A stretch of 63,082 nt of DNA, counting the filler, from Candidatus Woesearchaeota archaeon (GTDB lineage Archaea > Nanobdellota > Nanobdellia > Woesearchaeales > B72-G16), in NCBI GenBank assembly GCA_003650545.1. It is 17 parts of 17 records of this genome, joined end to end, with 100 filler letters (N's around TTAATTAATTAA, not from the genome) between each part and the next. Parts side by side here need not be neighbours in the genome. Positions count along the whole stretch, not along the records: positions 19,342 to 23,074 come from QMQO01000093.1; positions 23,175 to 26,895 come from QMQO01000094.1; positions 26,996 to 30,639 come from QMQO01000095.1; positions 30,740 to 34,355 come from QMQO01000096.1; 13 more parts are not named here. One strand, given 5' to 3'. This document shows, piece after piece, positions 21,127-30,885 of the stretch; position 1 is the first letter of the stretch, and every line of letters begins with the position of its first letter. The notes beneath the pieces are model-generated. The model was not told where the DNA came from, ran no database searches, and saw only the letters and a list, made by a program, of their open reading frames with translations. The translations under genes and the position numbers were made by a program.

Positions 21127-21355
21127 CTGCTATTAATTTATCTGCTTCGCCTTCAATTTTATCGTAGACGATATTAGGGTCACTATACTTACCCTTCAAG
21201 TATTTACTAGGATCCTTAACAGCTCTAACAATAGCAATCTTCTTCTCAACATCTACGTCCCAAATAAGTATATCCCCTTCTTCAATTCCTAGTTCTTTTC
21301 TAACATTTGCAGGGATAGTTGTTAATCCCTTGCGTGAAACCTTACTTACAGCCAT
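21098..21355 (-). CDS. vapB: AbrB/MazE-family antitoxin (VapB)
   Basis: SKVSRKGLTTIPANVRKELGIEEGD. Confidence 0.88.
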   Translation of the reverse strand: MAVSKVSRKGLTTIPANVRKELGIEEGDILIWDVDVEKKIAIVRAVKDPSKYLKGKYSDPNIVYDKIEGEADKLIADEIHAHNRV

Positions 21356-21422
21356 GTTATTACCAGATTGATAATTGTAAAGCTAAGAGATAATAAGTTT
21401 TGCTAAGATTTTCCAATATTTG

Positions 21423-21465
21423 CTAAGAGTCTTGTTATACATACAAGTACTCCCAAGACTCTTGG
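21423..21465. promoter_or_regulatory. Inverted repeat upstream of vapBC, possible autoregulatory operator
   Basis: AAGAGTCTTG ... CAAGACTCTT. Confidence 0.4.
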
Positions 21466-21491
21466 GTATTATGGTATCAATGTTTAACCAT

Positions 21492-21527
21492 GAATCGTTC
21501 CGTTCCAAAATTTTTACGGAACGGTTC
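21492..21527. promoter_or_regulatory. Inverted repeat operator upstream of the TATA box (TTTAAATA, 21559-21566) of the coiled-coil gene
   Basis: GAATCGTTCCGT-N12-ACGGAACGGTTC (11/12 match). Confidence 0.5.
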
Positions 21528-21615
21528 CTTAAGAAATACTACGATCTTTCGCCTGTATTTTAAATAAGAACGAACAATAAAAGGGTTCTCACGGAGCGCG
21601 TGAGCTAAGAGGTGT

Positions 21616-23074
21616 ATGAATATGACCTGGTATATGAATATGAAAATGTACTCTCTAATGTTATTAGCCATAATATTGACTGGTATAGTTGCACCAGTAG
21701 GAACTATGGTATATGCTAATGCACAGCAGGGTCAAGGTGATGAAGTTACTACTCCAACTAGTAAAGGTGTTGAAGCCCTTATATTTGTGTTAAGGAGAGC
21801 AGTTGAACGTGCAAGGGAGTTGTTTATTAAATGGAATGTATCTAGCGAGGAAGAAGCTTGGAGTAGACTTGAGGAGATAAACACTAGTATAGCTAATGTA
21901 ACAGAGCTACTCAATGCCAGTAAAATAGATGAAGCACGTAAATTAGCAATATCATTGTTAAAAGAGATAGCGGAACTCGTAAGAGATATGGCAAGGAAAT
22001 ATGGAGAACACTTAGTGAATGCTACTAATGCTACTATAGGATTAAGGCATAGGCTTGAGTTAAAAATTAAGATAAGAGTGCTTAACAACACAATAAACAT
22101 ACTATTAAACCTAACCACAAGAATAAAGGAGATTAATGCTACGTTAGCTGAAAAACTTAGAATACAGCTAGAGGAAGCTAAAGATAAGTTAAGTAAAGCA
22201 TCAGAAGCATTAGAGACGGGTAATGTTAGTGAAGCGAAGGAGTTAATCAAAGACGTAGAAGGTATAGTCAAGAAAGTTAGGAAAATCATGGATAATATAA
22301 TGATACATATCGTTAAGAGAAGAATACACTGGCATATAGATAAAGCTATAGAGAGGATAAGACATGCAATAGAAATACTTGGGGATAGAGCTAAGGAGCT
22401 AGAGAATATGAACTTAACTACAGCAGCTACACAATTAAGAGAAGTTATTGCTAAGCTTCAAGAAACTATAAGTAAGTTAAAGAACATAACAGCAGAAGAA
22501 CTTAATATTACAATAGCACCTGCTATGCTCGCAAGGATATACATCTCCACTATGAAAGAAGTACATATACTAAGAGGTGAGGTCAAACATTACGGAGAAC
22601 ATGCGGAGAAAGTGAAGAATATAGAACCATATGTTAATGGCCTAATAGGCTTAGTAGGAGGACTATCAAGAGCATTGCAACAAATAAGTGAGCATATGAA
22701 GTTACTGCCAGGAGAAGCAAAACAATTAATTGAAGATGTAGTCTCATCCATAGATGAGTTAAAGGATACGATAAAAGAGCTAGTCAACGCCACCCAGATA
22801 GGAGACGAATCTAAGGTAAAAGAACTTAAGGAGAAAATCCATGAGCTCATAGAAGAGATAAGATCTATGATAGAAGAACTAAAGGACGAAATAAAGCACA
22901 AGCCATTACTTAAGCCGATACTCATAGCATTAGACAGAATTGAAGAGTCACTAGGAAAGATAAATGTCTACGTAGAGAAAGCGCTAGAGAAGGTGGTTAG
23001 AACTCCTGAAGAAAGGAAGAAGAATAGAGAAAGGGTAATGGAAGGCTTAGAAGATCTTGAGGAAAAGATTAAGA
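21616..23074 (+). CDS. Secreted all-helical coiled-coil protein, truncated
   Basis: Signal peptide, heptad-rich E/K/L/I composition and several N-x-S/T sequons. Confidence 0.75.
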
Positions 23075-23174
23075 NNNNNNNNNNNNNNNNNNNNNNNNNN
23101 NNNNNNNNNNNNNNNNNNTTAATTAATTAANNNNNNNNNNNNNNNNNNNNNNNNNNNNNNNNNNNNNNNNNNNN

Positions 23175-24053
23175 ATAAATTCCCTTTTTGGTAGACTCCA
23201 TATTATCATCGTGTAAAGGTAAAAAACCGCCTAATTCCGGAAAAAACTTGAATTCGCATCCTGCCAAACTCGCTAATTGCCCATTGGGGTTTAATCCTAC
23301 CGAAATACATACCGTATCTGCAGAAACAGTTTTTTCTGTTCCTTCTATGATATTCCATCTTTTATCCAGGGTAGTAATGACTGCCTTTTCTACACTTTTT
23401 CTTCCTCTTACCTCTTTAATAGTATGACTGGTATAGATAGGAATCCCTGCCCTCATAACCTTCCCGGCATGAACTAAATATCCGGTTATGGATGGTGCTG
23501 CTTCGACAATACCCACCACATCGGCTCCGGCTTGTAGTAATTGATAACTTATAATTAAACCAACATTACCAGAACCTACCATAAGAATTCTTTCTCCCGG
23601 CAACACTCGTTCAATATTAATTAAAGTTTGGGCAGCTCCAGCGCTCATAACCCCCGGTAAAGTCCAGCCCGGAAACGAAAGAGCTTTTTCGACCCCCCCC
23701 GTTGCCAAAACTATCCTTTTAGCTTTTAATAATTTCATTTCTTTTTCTTCAACTAATAATGAGATGATGCCCTTTTCCATAATTCCCAAAACTTTTGTCT
23801 GAAGAGAAATTTCCACACCCTGAGAATCTGCCTCCTTAAGTAAATGTAAACCAATATCAAAACCTCTGGTACCCGCCAAATGTTCTTTTGAACCAAAAAA
23901 CTTATGAATCTGTTTAAAGAGCTGACCACCCGGTTTATCTTTATCATCTACCAACAAAACTTTAACCCCGTAACGACTGGCCTCTATAGCCGCCCCTAAA
24001 CCGGCTGGACCTGCACCGACGACTAAGAGTTCAACTTCTCTCATTCTTTTCAT
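23175..24053 (-). CDS. FAD/NAD(P)-dependent oxidoreductase (sarcosine oxidase alpha/proline dehydrogenase-like subunit), truncated
   Basis: VVGAGPAGL, GGQL, LATGG...FPGWTLPGV, VGSGNVG; likely start ATG 24053. Confidence 0.88.
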
Positions 24054-24360
24054 CCTTATCTCCATATCCGTATTGTGTTTCAATTATCATCCCTTCTTCA
24101 ACTCTGGTAACGCAAGTCCTGATATTTGGCACTCCGTTTACAATCATAGAACAATCGGTACATTGTCCTACTCCACAAAAAAATCCGCGAGGGAGATTAA
24201 AGCGATGAGTGTAACGAAAATCTCTATAGCCATTAGCTATTAAGGCAGCAGCAATAGTTTCTCCTTTATAGGCAAATATATTTTTTCCGTTAACAACAAT
24301 TTTTATTTTTTTTCTTTTCTCTTCTTTTCCTAAAATTGGGTGTTCTTTAATTCTTTTCAT
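24031..24360 (-). CDS. 2Fe-2S-binding subunit partner
   Basis: GETIAAAL...RGFFCGVGQCTDC...VNGVPNIRTC. Confidence 0.9.
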   Translation of the reverse strand: MKRIKEHPILGKEEKRKKIKIVVNGKNIFAYKGETIAAALIANGYRDFRYTHRFNLPRGFFCGVGQCTDCSMIVNGVPNIRTCVTRVEEGMIIETQYGYGDKDEKNERS

Positions 24361-24488
24361 GCTAGAACCTCTTATTCACTTCTCGCGTAGTATAAATTTA
24401 TTTATAACTAAAAGATATTTGTTCTTTAGTCGTAAACAAATACCAAGTTTATTTTTTTGATTGTATTTTTTTGATTTACAATTTACTC

Positions 24489-25841
24489 TTATGCTTTATC
24501 GAAATTAATTTCTTTTAAAATTTCTTCGCCTTTTTTAATGCCTTCTCTTGTAAGACTTTCTTCATCAATAGTAAGAATTTTTCCCTTTTCCATAATTATT
24601 CTTCCATTAATTATAGTAGTCTCCACATTACTATCTTTTGCACAATAAACAATATTCTGTATTACATTATTAACCGGGGCCGAATGCACTTTATTTAGAT
24701 CAAGGATAATTAGATCCGCTAATTTCCCCTCTTTAATCGTCCCGGCATCTATTCTTGCTGCCTTCGCCCCATTTTCTGTTGCCATCTTAAAAATCTCCTG
24801 GGCACTGATTGCTCCCGGATCTTTATGAAATACTTTTTGTAATAATGCTCCAACTCTCATCTCTTCAAACATATCCAATTGGTCATTGGAGGCCGGACCA
24901 TCTGTACCTAAAGCTACCGTAACTCCTTTTTCTAACATTTTCACTATAGGTGCAACTCCATTACTTAATTTCATATTACTTTTTGGATTATAAACTGGTA
25001 CTACACCCCTTTCGGCAGCTATATCGATTTCCTTATCGGTTAAATATATACAATGGGCAGCTGAAATTGGCCGCCTTAATAAATTCATTTTTTCTAAATA
25101 TTCAAGTGGGGTGGTTTTAAATTCTTTTAAGGCATCATTATTCTCCCATTTAGTTTCGGAAATATGAATCTGAAAACCCAAATCATATTCTTCGGTTTTT
25201 TCTACTAACCACTCCATCAATTCCGGAGTACAACAAAACAATGTAGATGGTGCTATAAAAACTTGGATTAAACCGTTATCCGAAGAACCTTGATGCCATT
25301 CTTTAATATATTTTTCAATTCCCGTTTTTATTGAATCATCATCACTGCAAAATTCCTTGGGAATCCAGCGATTCGCCACAGTAATAGCAGCAATTCCGCG
25401 CATCCCGATATCCTGCCAGGCTTTGAAAATATTATCTAAACTAAGATCCATATCGATACAGCAAGTTATCCCATTGTGAATCATTTCTATGGAACTTAAC
25501 ATTGACCAATAATATCCGATCATTGTATTTCCTTTTTCCCGACGTTCCTTATAAACCATATCTACAAAAGGAAAGGTCACCTTCTCGCACCAGGGGACCA
25601 AAGTTAAATCATCTCGGCATCCTCTTAACATGGATTGGTATAAATGTGTATGGGCATCTATCAATCCCGGCATAACCACTTTTCCGTTGGCTTCAACAAT
25701 TTTACAATGAGCGGGTAAATCTTCGGGTAAAATAGTACCGACCTTTTTAATTTTATTACCTTCAATTAATATATCTTTGTTGTTAAGTATATGATAAGCA
25801 TCTTGGATTAAAGTGCTTATATTTTTAATTAAAATATCCAT
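24489..25841 (-). CDS. Metal-dependent amidohydrolase (MTA/SAH-deaminase/AtzA family)
   Basis: PGLIDAHTH, IHISET, AAHC, LGTDGPASN, GKLADLIILD. Confidence 0.9.
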   Translation of the reverse strand: MDILIKNISTLIQDAYHILNNKDILIEGNKIKKVGTILPEDLPAHCKIVEANGKVVMPGLIDAHTHLYQSMLRGCRDDLTLVPWCEKVTFPFVDMVYKERREKGNTMIGYYWSMLSSIEMIHNGITCCIDMDLSLDNIFKAWQDIGMRGIAAITVANRWIPKEFCSDDDSIKTGIEKYIKEWHQGSSDNGLIQVFIAPSTLFCCTPELMEWLVEKTEEYDLGFQIHISETKWENNDALKEFKTTPLEYLEKMNLLRRPISAAHCIYLTDKEIDIAAERGVVPVYNPKSNMKLSNGVAPIVKMLEKGVTVALGTDGPASNDQLDMFEEMRVGALLQKVFHKDPGAISAQEIFKMATENGAKAARIDAGTIKEGKLADLIILDLNKVHSAPVNNVIQNIVYCAKDSNVETTIINGRIIMEKGKILTIDEESLTREGIKKGEEILKEINFDKA

Positions 25842-25914
25842 AGCTTTTCCTTTTTATGTAATTAGTAATTTTTTATTTATAAAGAATAAATGTATAGAAA
25901 ATAATATCTTCCGG

Positions 25915-26844
25915 TTAATTTTTTACATAGTGCTTACCCAATGCACTTGGTCCTCTTACTTTGCCGACTACCCCGATTAGGGCAGCAATAGTTAAAATAT
26001 AAGGCAGCATTTGCACTATTTGGATAGGTATTTTTACGCCCATTACTTGTAATTGTAACACCAGAGCAAACCCTGCACCAAAAATCAATGATGCCCATAA
26101 TGTTCCCCACGGCGTATATTTACCAAAAATAATTACTGCTAAAGCTATCCAGCCCCTCCCATCAGTAATATTTTCTGAAAAACGGGTAACTTGGGTTAAA
26201 GTTAAAAATGCACCACCGATAGCCGCCAATATTCCACTGACAATCGCCGCTACATATCGTATTAGATACACATTTATTCCTGCAGTATCAGCAGTTTCGG
26301 GACTTTCTCCTACAGAACGAAGACTTAAGCCGTAAGTTGTTTTATAAAAAAACCAACTTACAAAAATTACCAATAATATGGCTAAATAGGTCAAAAAATT
26401 ATGGTCAAAAAAAATCTCACCTAAAATTGGTAATTTACTGAAAAAAGGTATGTGTATTGAAGAAAAATTTGCTGTCTTTGTTGTATCAGTGAGTAATCCG
26501 GCACTACAAAGCATGCGGTAAAAAAAACCAGTTAAACCTAAAGCAAAAAAATTCATTCCTAATCCTATTACTAATTGGTTTCCCCCTAAAGATACTGTTA
26601 CATAAGCAAGTAGTAGCCCTAATACAGCTCCACCAATTATTGCTAGCAAAAGACCTACCCAAGGGCTACCAGTTATCAAAACTCCATAAAAGCCTAAAAA
26701 AGCACCCGTTAACATCATTGCTTCTAAACCCATATTAAATACTCCGGTTTTAAATAATATAAGCCCGCCTAATGCTGCAAAAAGTAAGGGGATAGACAAT
26801 CTAATTGACATTGAAACCCATGATGCTATAGTAATTAAATCCAT
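25915..26844 (-). CDS. Nucleoside/sugar ABC transporter permease
   Basis: GVFNMGLEAMML, TYGLSLRSVGESPETADTAGINV, GRGWIALA, MLPYILT. Confidence 0.9.
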   Translation of the reverse strand: MDLITIASWVSMSIRLSIPLLFAALGGLILFKTGVFNMGLEAMMLTGAFLGFYGVLITGSPWVGLLLAIIGGAVLGLLLAYVTVSLGGNQLVIGLGMNFFALGLTGFFYRMLCSAGLLTDTTKTANFSSIHIPFFSKLPILGEIFFDHNFLTYLAILLVIFVSWFFYKTTYGLSLRSVGESPETADTAGINVYLIRYVAAIVSGILAAIGGAFLTLTQVTRFSENITDGRGWIALAVIIFGKYTPWGTLWASLIFGAGFALVLQLQVMGVKIPIQIVQMLPYILTIAALIGVVGKVRGPSALGKHYVKN

Positions 26845-26996
26845 CTACGCCCTCCCCCCTATTAAATTAGTTGAAAATTTATTACTTAAATATTCNNNNN
26901 NNNNNNNNNNNNNNNNNNNNNNNNNNNNNNNNNNNNNNNTTAATTAATTAANNNNNNNNNNNNNNNNNNNNNNNNNNNNNNNNNNNNNNNNNNNNG

Positions 26997-27245
26997 TTCT
27001 ACCATGAGATAGTCTTAGAGACAACAAGGGAAGGAGAAGAAATAGACCTAGCAACACTCTACAGGGCCATAAAGCTTTGGAAACAAAACCCTGTCATAGG
27101 CGGAAAATCAAGCATAGGCTTCGGTAAAATCAAGATAGAATACGAGTTCCCGAAGAAGGTGAGCGATAAACCATACCTAGAGTTCATAGAAAAGAATAGA
27201 GACAGGATAAAGGAGGTACTCGACAAGCTAAGGGATAGGCTATGA
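26997..27245 (+). CDS. csf2: Type IV CRISPR Cas7-like Csf2, C-terminal part; missed by the ORF track
   Basis: FYHEIVL...AIKLWKQNPVIGGKSSIGFGKIKIEY...YLEFIEKNRDRIKEVL; RAMP Gly-rich loop; ATGA overlap with the next gene. Confidence 0.8.
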   Translation, partial: FYHEIVLETTREGEEIDLATLYRAIKLWKQNPVIGGKSSIGFGKIKIEYEFPKKVSDKPYLEFIEKNRDRIKEVLDKLRDRL

Positions 27246-27907
27246 GCTATGTTCCATTGAAGATAACGTTTAGAATGGAGACACCAGTAGCCCTAGGGTT
27301 CCCGTGGATAAGCTTCGATGGTCTAGTACTCCACGTTCTCCTACGTGAAAGCCTAGGCGAGAAATACTATTATTTACCGACAAAGACGCCCATCGAATAC
27401 ATTATAAAGAAACTAGATGTACCAATGATACATGACCCTCCCCTCAAAAAGTGGAGGGACTTGTATGTGGCAAGCGTGAGTATCATAAATGGCCAACCAT
27501 TTGTTTTCCACTACTTCAAGAGAGGAGACTTCAGGTTTCCTTCAGGTAAGATTAGGCGTGGATCTGGTTTCTTCAAGGACTTCTACTTGAAGATAACCTA
27601 TGTCCCTGTAAGAGAAGTAGTCTTCTACGCTACAGGTGATCCAAGAGAGCTTGCAAGAATACTGGGCAAGGTGAAGGCCCTTGGAAAGGATAGGAACATT
27701 GGATTCGGCTTCATAAAAGAAGCGAGAATAGAGGAAGTAGACTACGAGGCAGGCCTAGTATGGAACAATAAGTGCATGAGGCCCATACCAGTAGAATACC
27801 TCAAAGAATACGAGGACGCAGCATACCTCGCTTATAGGCCACCGTACTGGGATAAACGCAACATAAAGCTATGCGGGGTGCCCTTCACCAAATGCGTGTT
27901 GAAGTAA
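27242..27907 (+). CDS. csf3: Type IV CRISPR Cas5-like Csf3
   Basis: LKITFRMETPV..ISFDGL, VFYATGD, G-loop LGKDRNIGFG, MRPIP and C-terminal YRPPYW. Confidence 0.82.
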   Translation: MSYVPLKITFRMETPVALGFPWISFDGLVLHVLLRESLGEKYYYLPTKTPIEYIIKKLDVPMIHDPPLKKWRDLYVASVSIINGQPFVFHYFKRGDFRFPSGKIRRGSGFFKDFYLKITYVPVREVVFYATGDPRELARILGKVKALGKDRNIGFGFIKEARIEEVDYEAGLVWNNKCMRPIPVEYLKEYEDAAYLAYRPPYWDKRNIKLCGVPFTKCVLK

Positions 27908-28623
27908 AAGTAGACAGGGAATGGCTTGAAAAATGGAGGAACTACTTCACAGAATACTATGATATAGGAGGCGTTGAGGAAAAAGTAAGAGAAGCAATAT
28001 CGTTTACAAAGCTCTATATAAGAGACTCTATAGTGGCCGTCAGCGGTGGCAAGGACTCGATGACAATGTTGCACATAGTGTACAATAACATTTCACATGA
28101 TATAACGGTTTTCCATTGGGATCACGGGCCATGGCTTATGCCACGCCACATAGAAAACGAGATACTGGAAAACATAAGAAAGGTGGCTCCTAAAGCCAGG
28201 CTTGTTGTTAAAAGATATGCTTATGGTGCAAACCCTAGGTCGAGAATAGACTATGTCAAATGGTATAAGGCTTTCTTTAGGACGCTTGAAGAAATAGGGG
28301 CAAGGCATCACTTGCTTGGCATAAGGGCCGAGGAGTCGGGCAACAGGAGGGCCAGGGGGAGCATAGTTAGGAAAAGGAAATGGATAGAAGTATACCCTGT
28401 CTACTACTTCACATGGCGGGATATATGGGCCTATATCTTTAAACACAATGTACCAGTACCGAGAACCTACTTCAAGTACGCTAAAATGCTTGGATGGAGC
28501 AGGGCTAGGCTAACAACATTCCACGACCAGGAATTCATGAAGTACGGTTCACCAAACATAGACTCAATAATACTCTGGAGAAACAAGAGTATTATGGTAG
28601 ATAGCAGCCGTAAAGTGCTATAA
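27871..28623 (+). CDS. cysH: PAPS-reductase-family (CysH-like) protein associated with type IV-B CRISPR
   Basis: PP-loop VSGGKDS, GIRAEESGNR, YPVYYFTWRDIWAYI; overlaps csf3 (alternative start 27892). Confidence 0.88.
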   Translation: MRGALHQMRVEVKVDREWLEKWRNYFTEYYDIGGVEEKVREAISFTKLYIRDSIVAVSGGKDSMTMLHIVYNNISHDITVFHWDHGPWLMPRHIENEILENIRKVAPKARLVVKRYAYGANPRSRIDYVKWYKAFFRTLEEIGARHHLLGIRAEESGNRRARGSIVRKRKWIEVYPVYYFTWRDIWAYIFKHNVPVPRTYFKYAKMLGWSRARLTTFHDQEFMKYGSPNIDSIILWRNKSIMVDSSRKVL

Positions 28624-28954
28624 CCTTCCAGATGATGATATCCTTTTCTGATACTCTGTTTGTTTCTTGTCCTCTAACAGGTTTTCTTAATGTGATGATG
28701 TAGATGACGTCGGTCTCATGAAACTCATAGAGTTTGTTGCTCGGTTCAATTCTTACTCCAATCCTTTCAAGGTACTTGTTTAGTAGGTCTATTGTTGCCT
28801 GGTGGCGTATATAGCACTTGACCTCGGCATCATATTGTATTTTATCCTCAGCGATTTCTGACAAAAACGTCTGCAAACTGATCGGCTTTGCGTAAATGGT
28901 CACGTCACGTTTAAAGATGTTAAGTGGCAAAGCATTAAGTAAGATGATCCTCAT
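28592..28954 (-). CDS. DUF1874 (STIV B116) family protein, AcrIII-1/Crn2-like ring nuclease
   Basis: LLNALPLN...CYIRHQATIDLLN...DVIYIITLRKPVRGQE follows the recalled DUF1874 pattern LxNAxxxNM...S/xIGHxxT...D...RxxEG; 120 aa; GGTGA RBS. Confidence 0.75.
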   Translation of the reverse strand: MRIILLNALPLNIFKRDVTIYAKPISLQTFLSEIAEDKIQYDAEVKCYIRHQATIDLLNKYLERIGVRIEPSNKLYEFHETDVIYIITLRKPVRGQETNRVSEKDIIIWKVIALYGCYLP

Positions 28955-28966
28955 TGGCTTTCACCG

Positions 28967-29731
28967 TTATAACGTGTCATATAGTACGAGGTCTTCGCTA
29001 ATAATTACACGTCTAACATAGTCTCTTTGAATTGATGGAAATGCTACAACATTAGAGTTCCCAACTCTTCTAATCTTCACATACTTTATATCAAACTTCT
29101 CGATGTTACTACAATCAATGATAGCGTACTCGTAGCCGTCGTAGATATAGACGAACGTTGGTATGCTAGTCTTGTAGTATTTTTCAACATAGCACTGTAA
29201 TACCGCTTCATCAAGGTCTCTTTTGTCTTCGCTTACTTTTTCTCTACACTCACTGAACTCTTTAGCAACATAGTAGTCTCCAACATCAGGGCTACTAGCA
29301 AGCAATAGTTTTCCAACACGATAGTAATGGATAATGAATCTCGCTAACTCTTTAACACCATATTCTGGATTACCAAGCTCATATAATGGTGTAAAGTCAA
29401 TAACATATGCATAAAGTTTCGCTCTTAACAGTATCACAGCAATTTCTTCGTCTTTGCTTATCGCTGATTTCACGACTTCAGTAAATTCAATTGGCTCTCC
29501 AGCGAAGAGGTCTATAACAAGTTGTTTAATATACTCGTTGTTTGGTTCAACATACTGTATTTTATAATATTTACTGTATTCATCAACATCAGCTTTAAAC
29601 TTGTTTATTGCCTTGTTCAAGTCAGTATAAATCTCGTACTCTCTTCCTGTCTCATCCTCCCTTATGAGAACATACAAATCAAAAAGATATCTTGTTTCAA
29701 GATTTTTATATGTTTTGACTTGGATTTGCAT
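28967..29731 (-). CDS. Hypothetical protein co-oriented with, and 12 nt upstream of, the DUF1874 gene
   Basis: 254-aa ORF; TTTATAA box at 29783-29789 on the minus strand. Confidence 0.7.
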   Translation of the reverse strand: MQIQVKTYKNLETRYLFDLYVLIREDETGREYEIYTDLNKAINKFKADVDEYSKYYKIQYVEPNNEYIKQLVIDLFAGEPIEFTEVVKSAISKDEEIAVILLRAKLYAYVIDFTPLYELGNPEYGVKELARFIIHYYRVGKLLLASSPDVGDYYVAKEFSECREKVSEDKRDLDEAVLQCYVEKYYKTSIPTFVYIYDGYEYAIIDCSNIEKFDIKYVKIRRVGNSNVVAFPSIQRDYVRRVIISEDLVLYDTL

Positions 29732-30137
29732 GGGTTTTCCACCCGAGCGGATATTCTGTATATACTGTATATCCAGAGGGAGTTATAAACCTGTCGCCTC
29801 TTCACTATTAAAACTCATTTCACCGTGAAGACTGATTCATGTAAAGAGAACCTCCTTCTCTACTGGAACCCACTCTAGTGGAGCGGAAGTTCAAACTTAA
29901 GTTTGACAAAAAACACTCTTCACCACAACATAACCGTCTCCATCGGAAAGTCAAACACAAGTTTAACTTTCTCCATCAACCACCTTCTTTTCCTCTGGAG
30001 CAACTGGAGCACACCAGAGTGGGACACATCTTATAAAATAAAATAAGAAAGGTAATATAACAGGAAACAAGAGAAAAAGAGCCCGCCAACCCCCCAGTTA
30101 AAGACAACAAAAAATAAAAACGAATGGGAAAAAAGGA

Positions 30138-30428
30138 TTAGGCTTGGTAGACTTTAAAGAAGCCTAGTTTCTGAAGCAACTCTTCAACATCGTAGATACT
30201 ATATTCTTGAAATACTCCAGCAGTTATTACTTTTGTTTCTACACCACCGCTATCCTCGTGTGGTATTGAAAACTGTCTTACGAATATTGAGTGTAGATGA
30301 TAGTCATAGTAGCCTTCGCTAGTTCTTGCCTCTACTATGACTACGAGGTCTTTTTTAGCAATCTCCGCCTTCTCAATCCACTCTTTTAATTCTTTTTCGA
30401 GATTTCTTAATTCCATTTCTTGGGACAT
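30138..30428 (-). CDS. Small acidic hypothetical protein with its own BRE/TATA promoter
   Basis: 96-aa ORF; AGAAAAGTATATAAG at 30466-30480 on the minus strand; T-rich tract downstream. Confidence 0.65.
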   Translation of the reverse strand: MSQEMELRNLEKELKEWIEKAEIAKKDLVVIVEARTSEGYYDYHLHSIFVRQFSIPHEDSGGVETKVITAGVFQEYSIYDVEELLQKLGFFKVYQA

Positions 30429-30739
30429 GTTTCCCGACCCCAGTCTATACTATAGTCTGAACCCCCTTATATACTTTTCTATATCACCCCTCCAATACTT
30501 TTTCAAATAGCCGATTGTAAATATCGTATGTAGTCAGATACTTTGAAATAGTCGAATGACTCTGCTAGTTTGTAATCACCCTTCAAATACCATTCGACTA
30601 CCAGAAAGATGTTGCAGATTTTTGGTTCTGCGTTGCAGANNNNNNNNNNNNNNNNNNNNNNNNNNNNNNNNNNNNNNNNNNNNTTAATTAATTAANNNNN
30701 NNNNNNNNNNNNNNNNNNNNNNNNNNNNNNNNNNNNNNN

Positions 30740-30874
30740 CTTAACACCCTTAGCTAGTATAGGTATAGAGCAGACACCAACATAGCAAAGAGTACCAACT
30801 AGGAAAGCCGTTAGAATCAGAGCAATAGCAGCCAACAAGAGAAAAACGATAACTATCGCAGCCCCATAACCCAT
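30740..30874 (-). CDS. Small membrane protein, truncated
   Basis: Hydrophobic N-terminus in a run of co-oriented genes. Confidence 0.5.
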
Positions 30875-30885
30875 AGTCTACACCC

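Noticed and set aside
23175..26895. Deaminase, ABC permease and flavoprotein cluster as a novel pathway
   Set aside because: Common nucleoside/amino-acid catabolic gene families; substrate cannot be inferred from the sequence and nothing unusual is visible
27871..28623. Sulfate-assimilation cysH or DndC phosphorothioation gene
   Set aside because: No cys or dnd neighbours; it is translationally coupled to csf3
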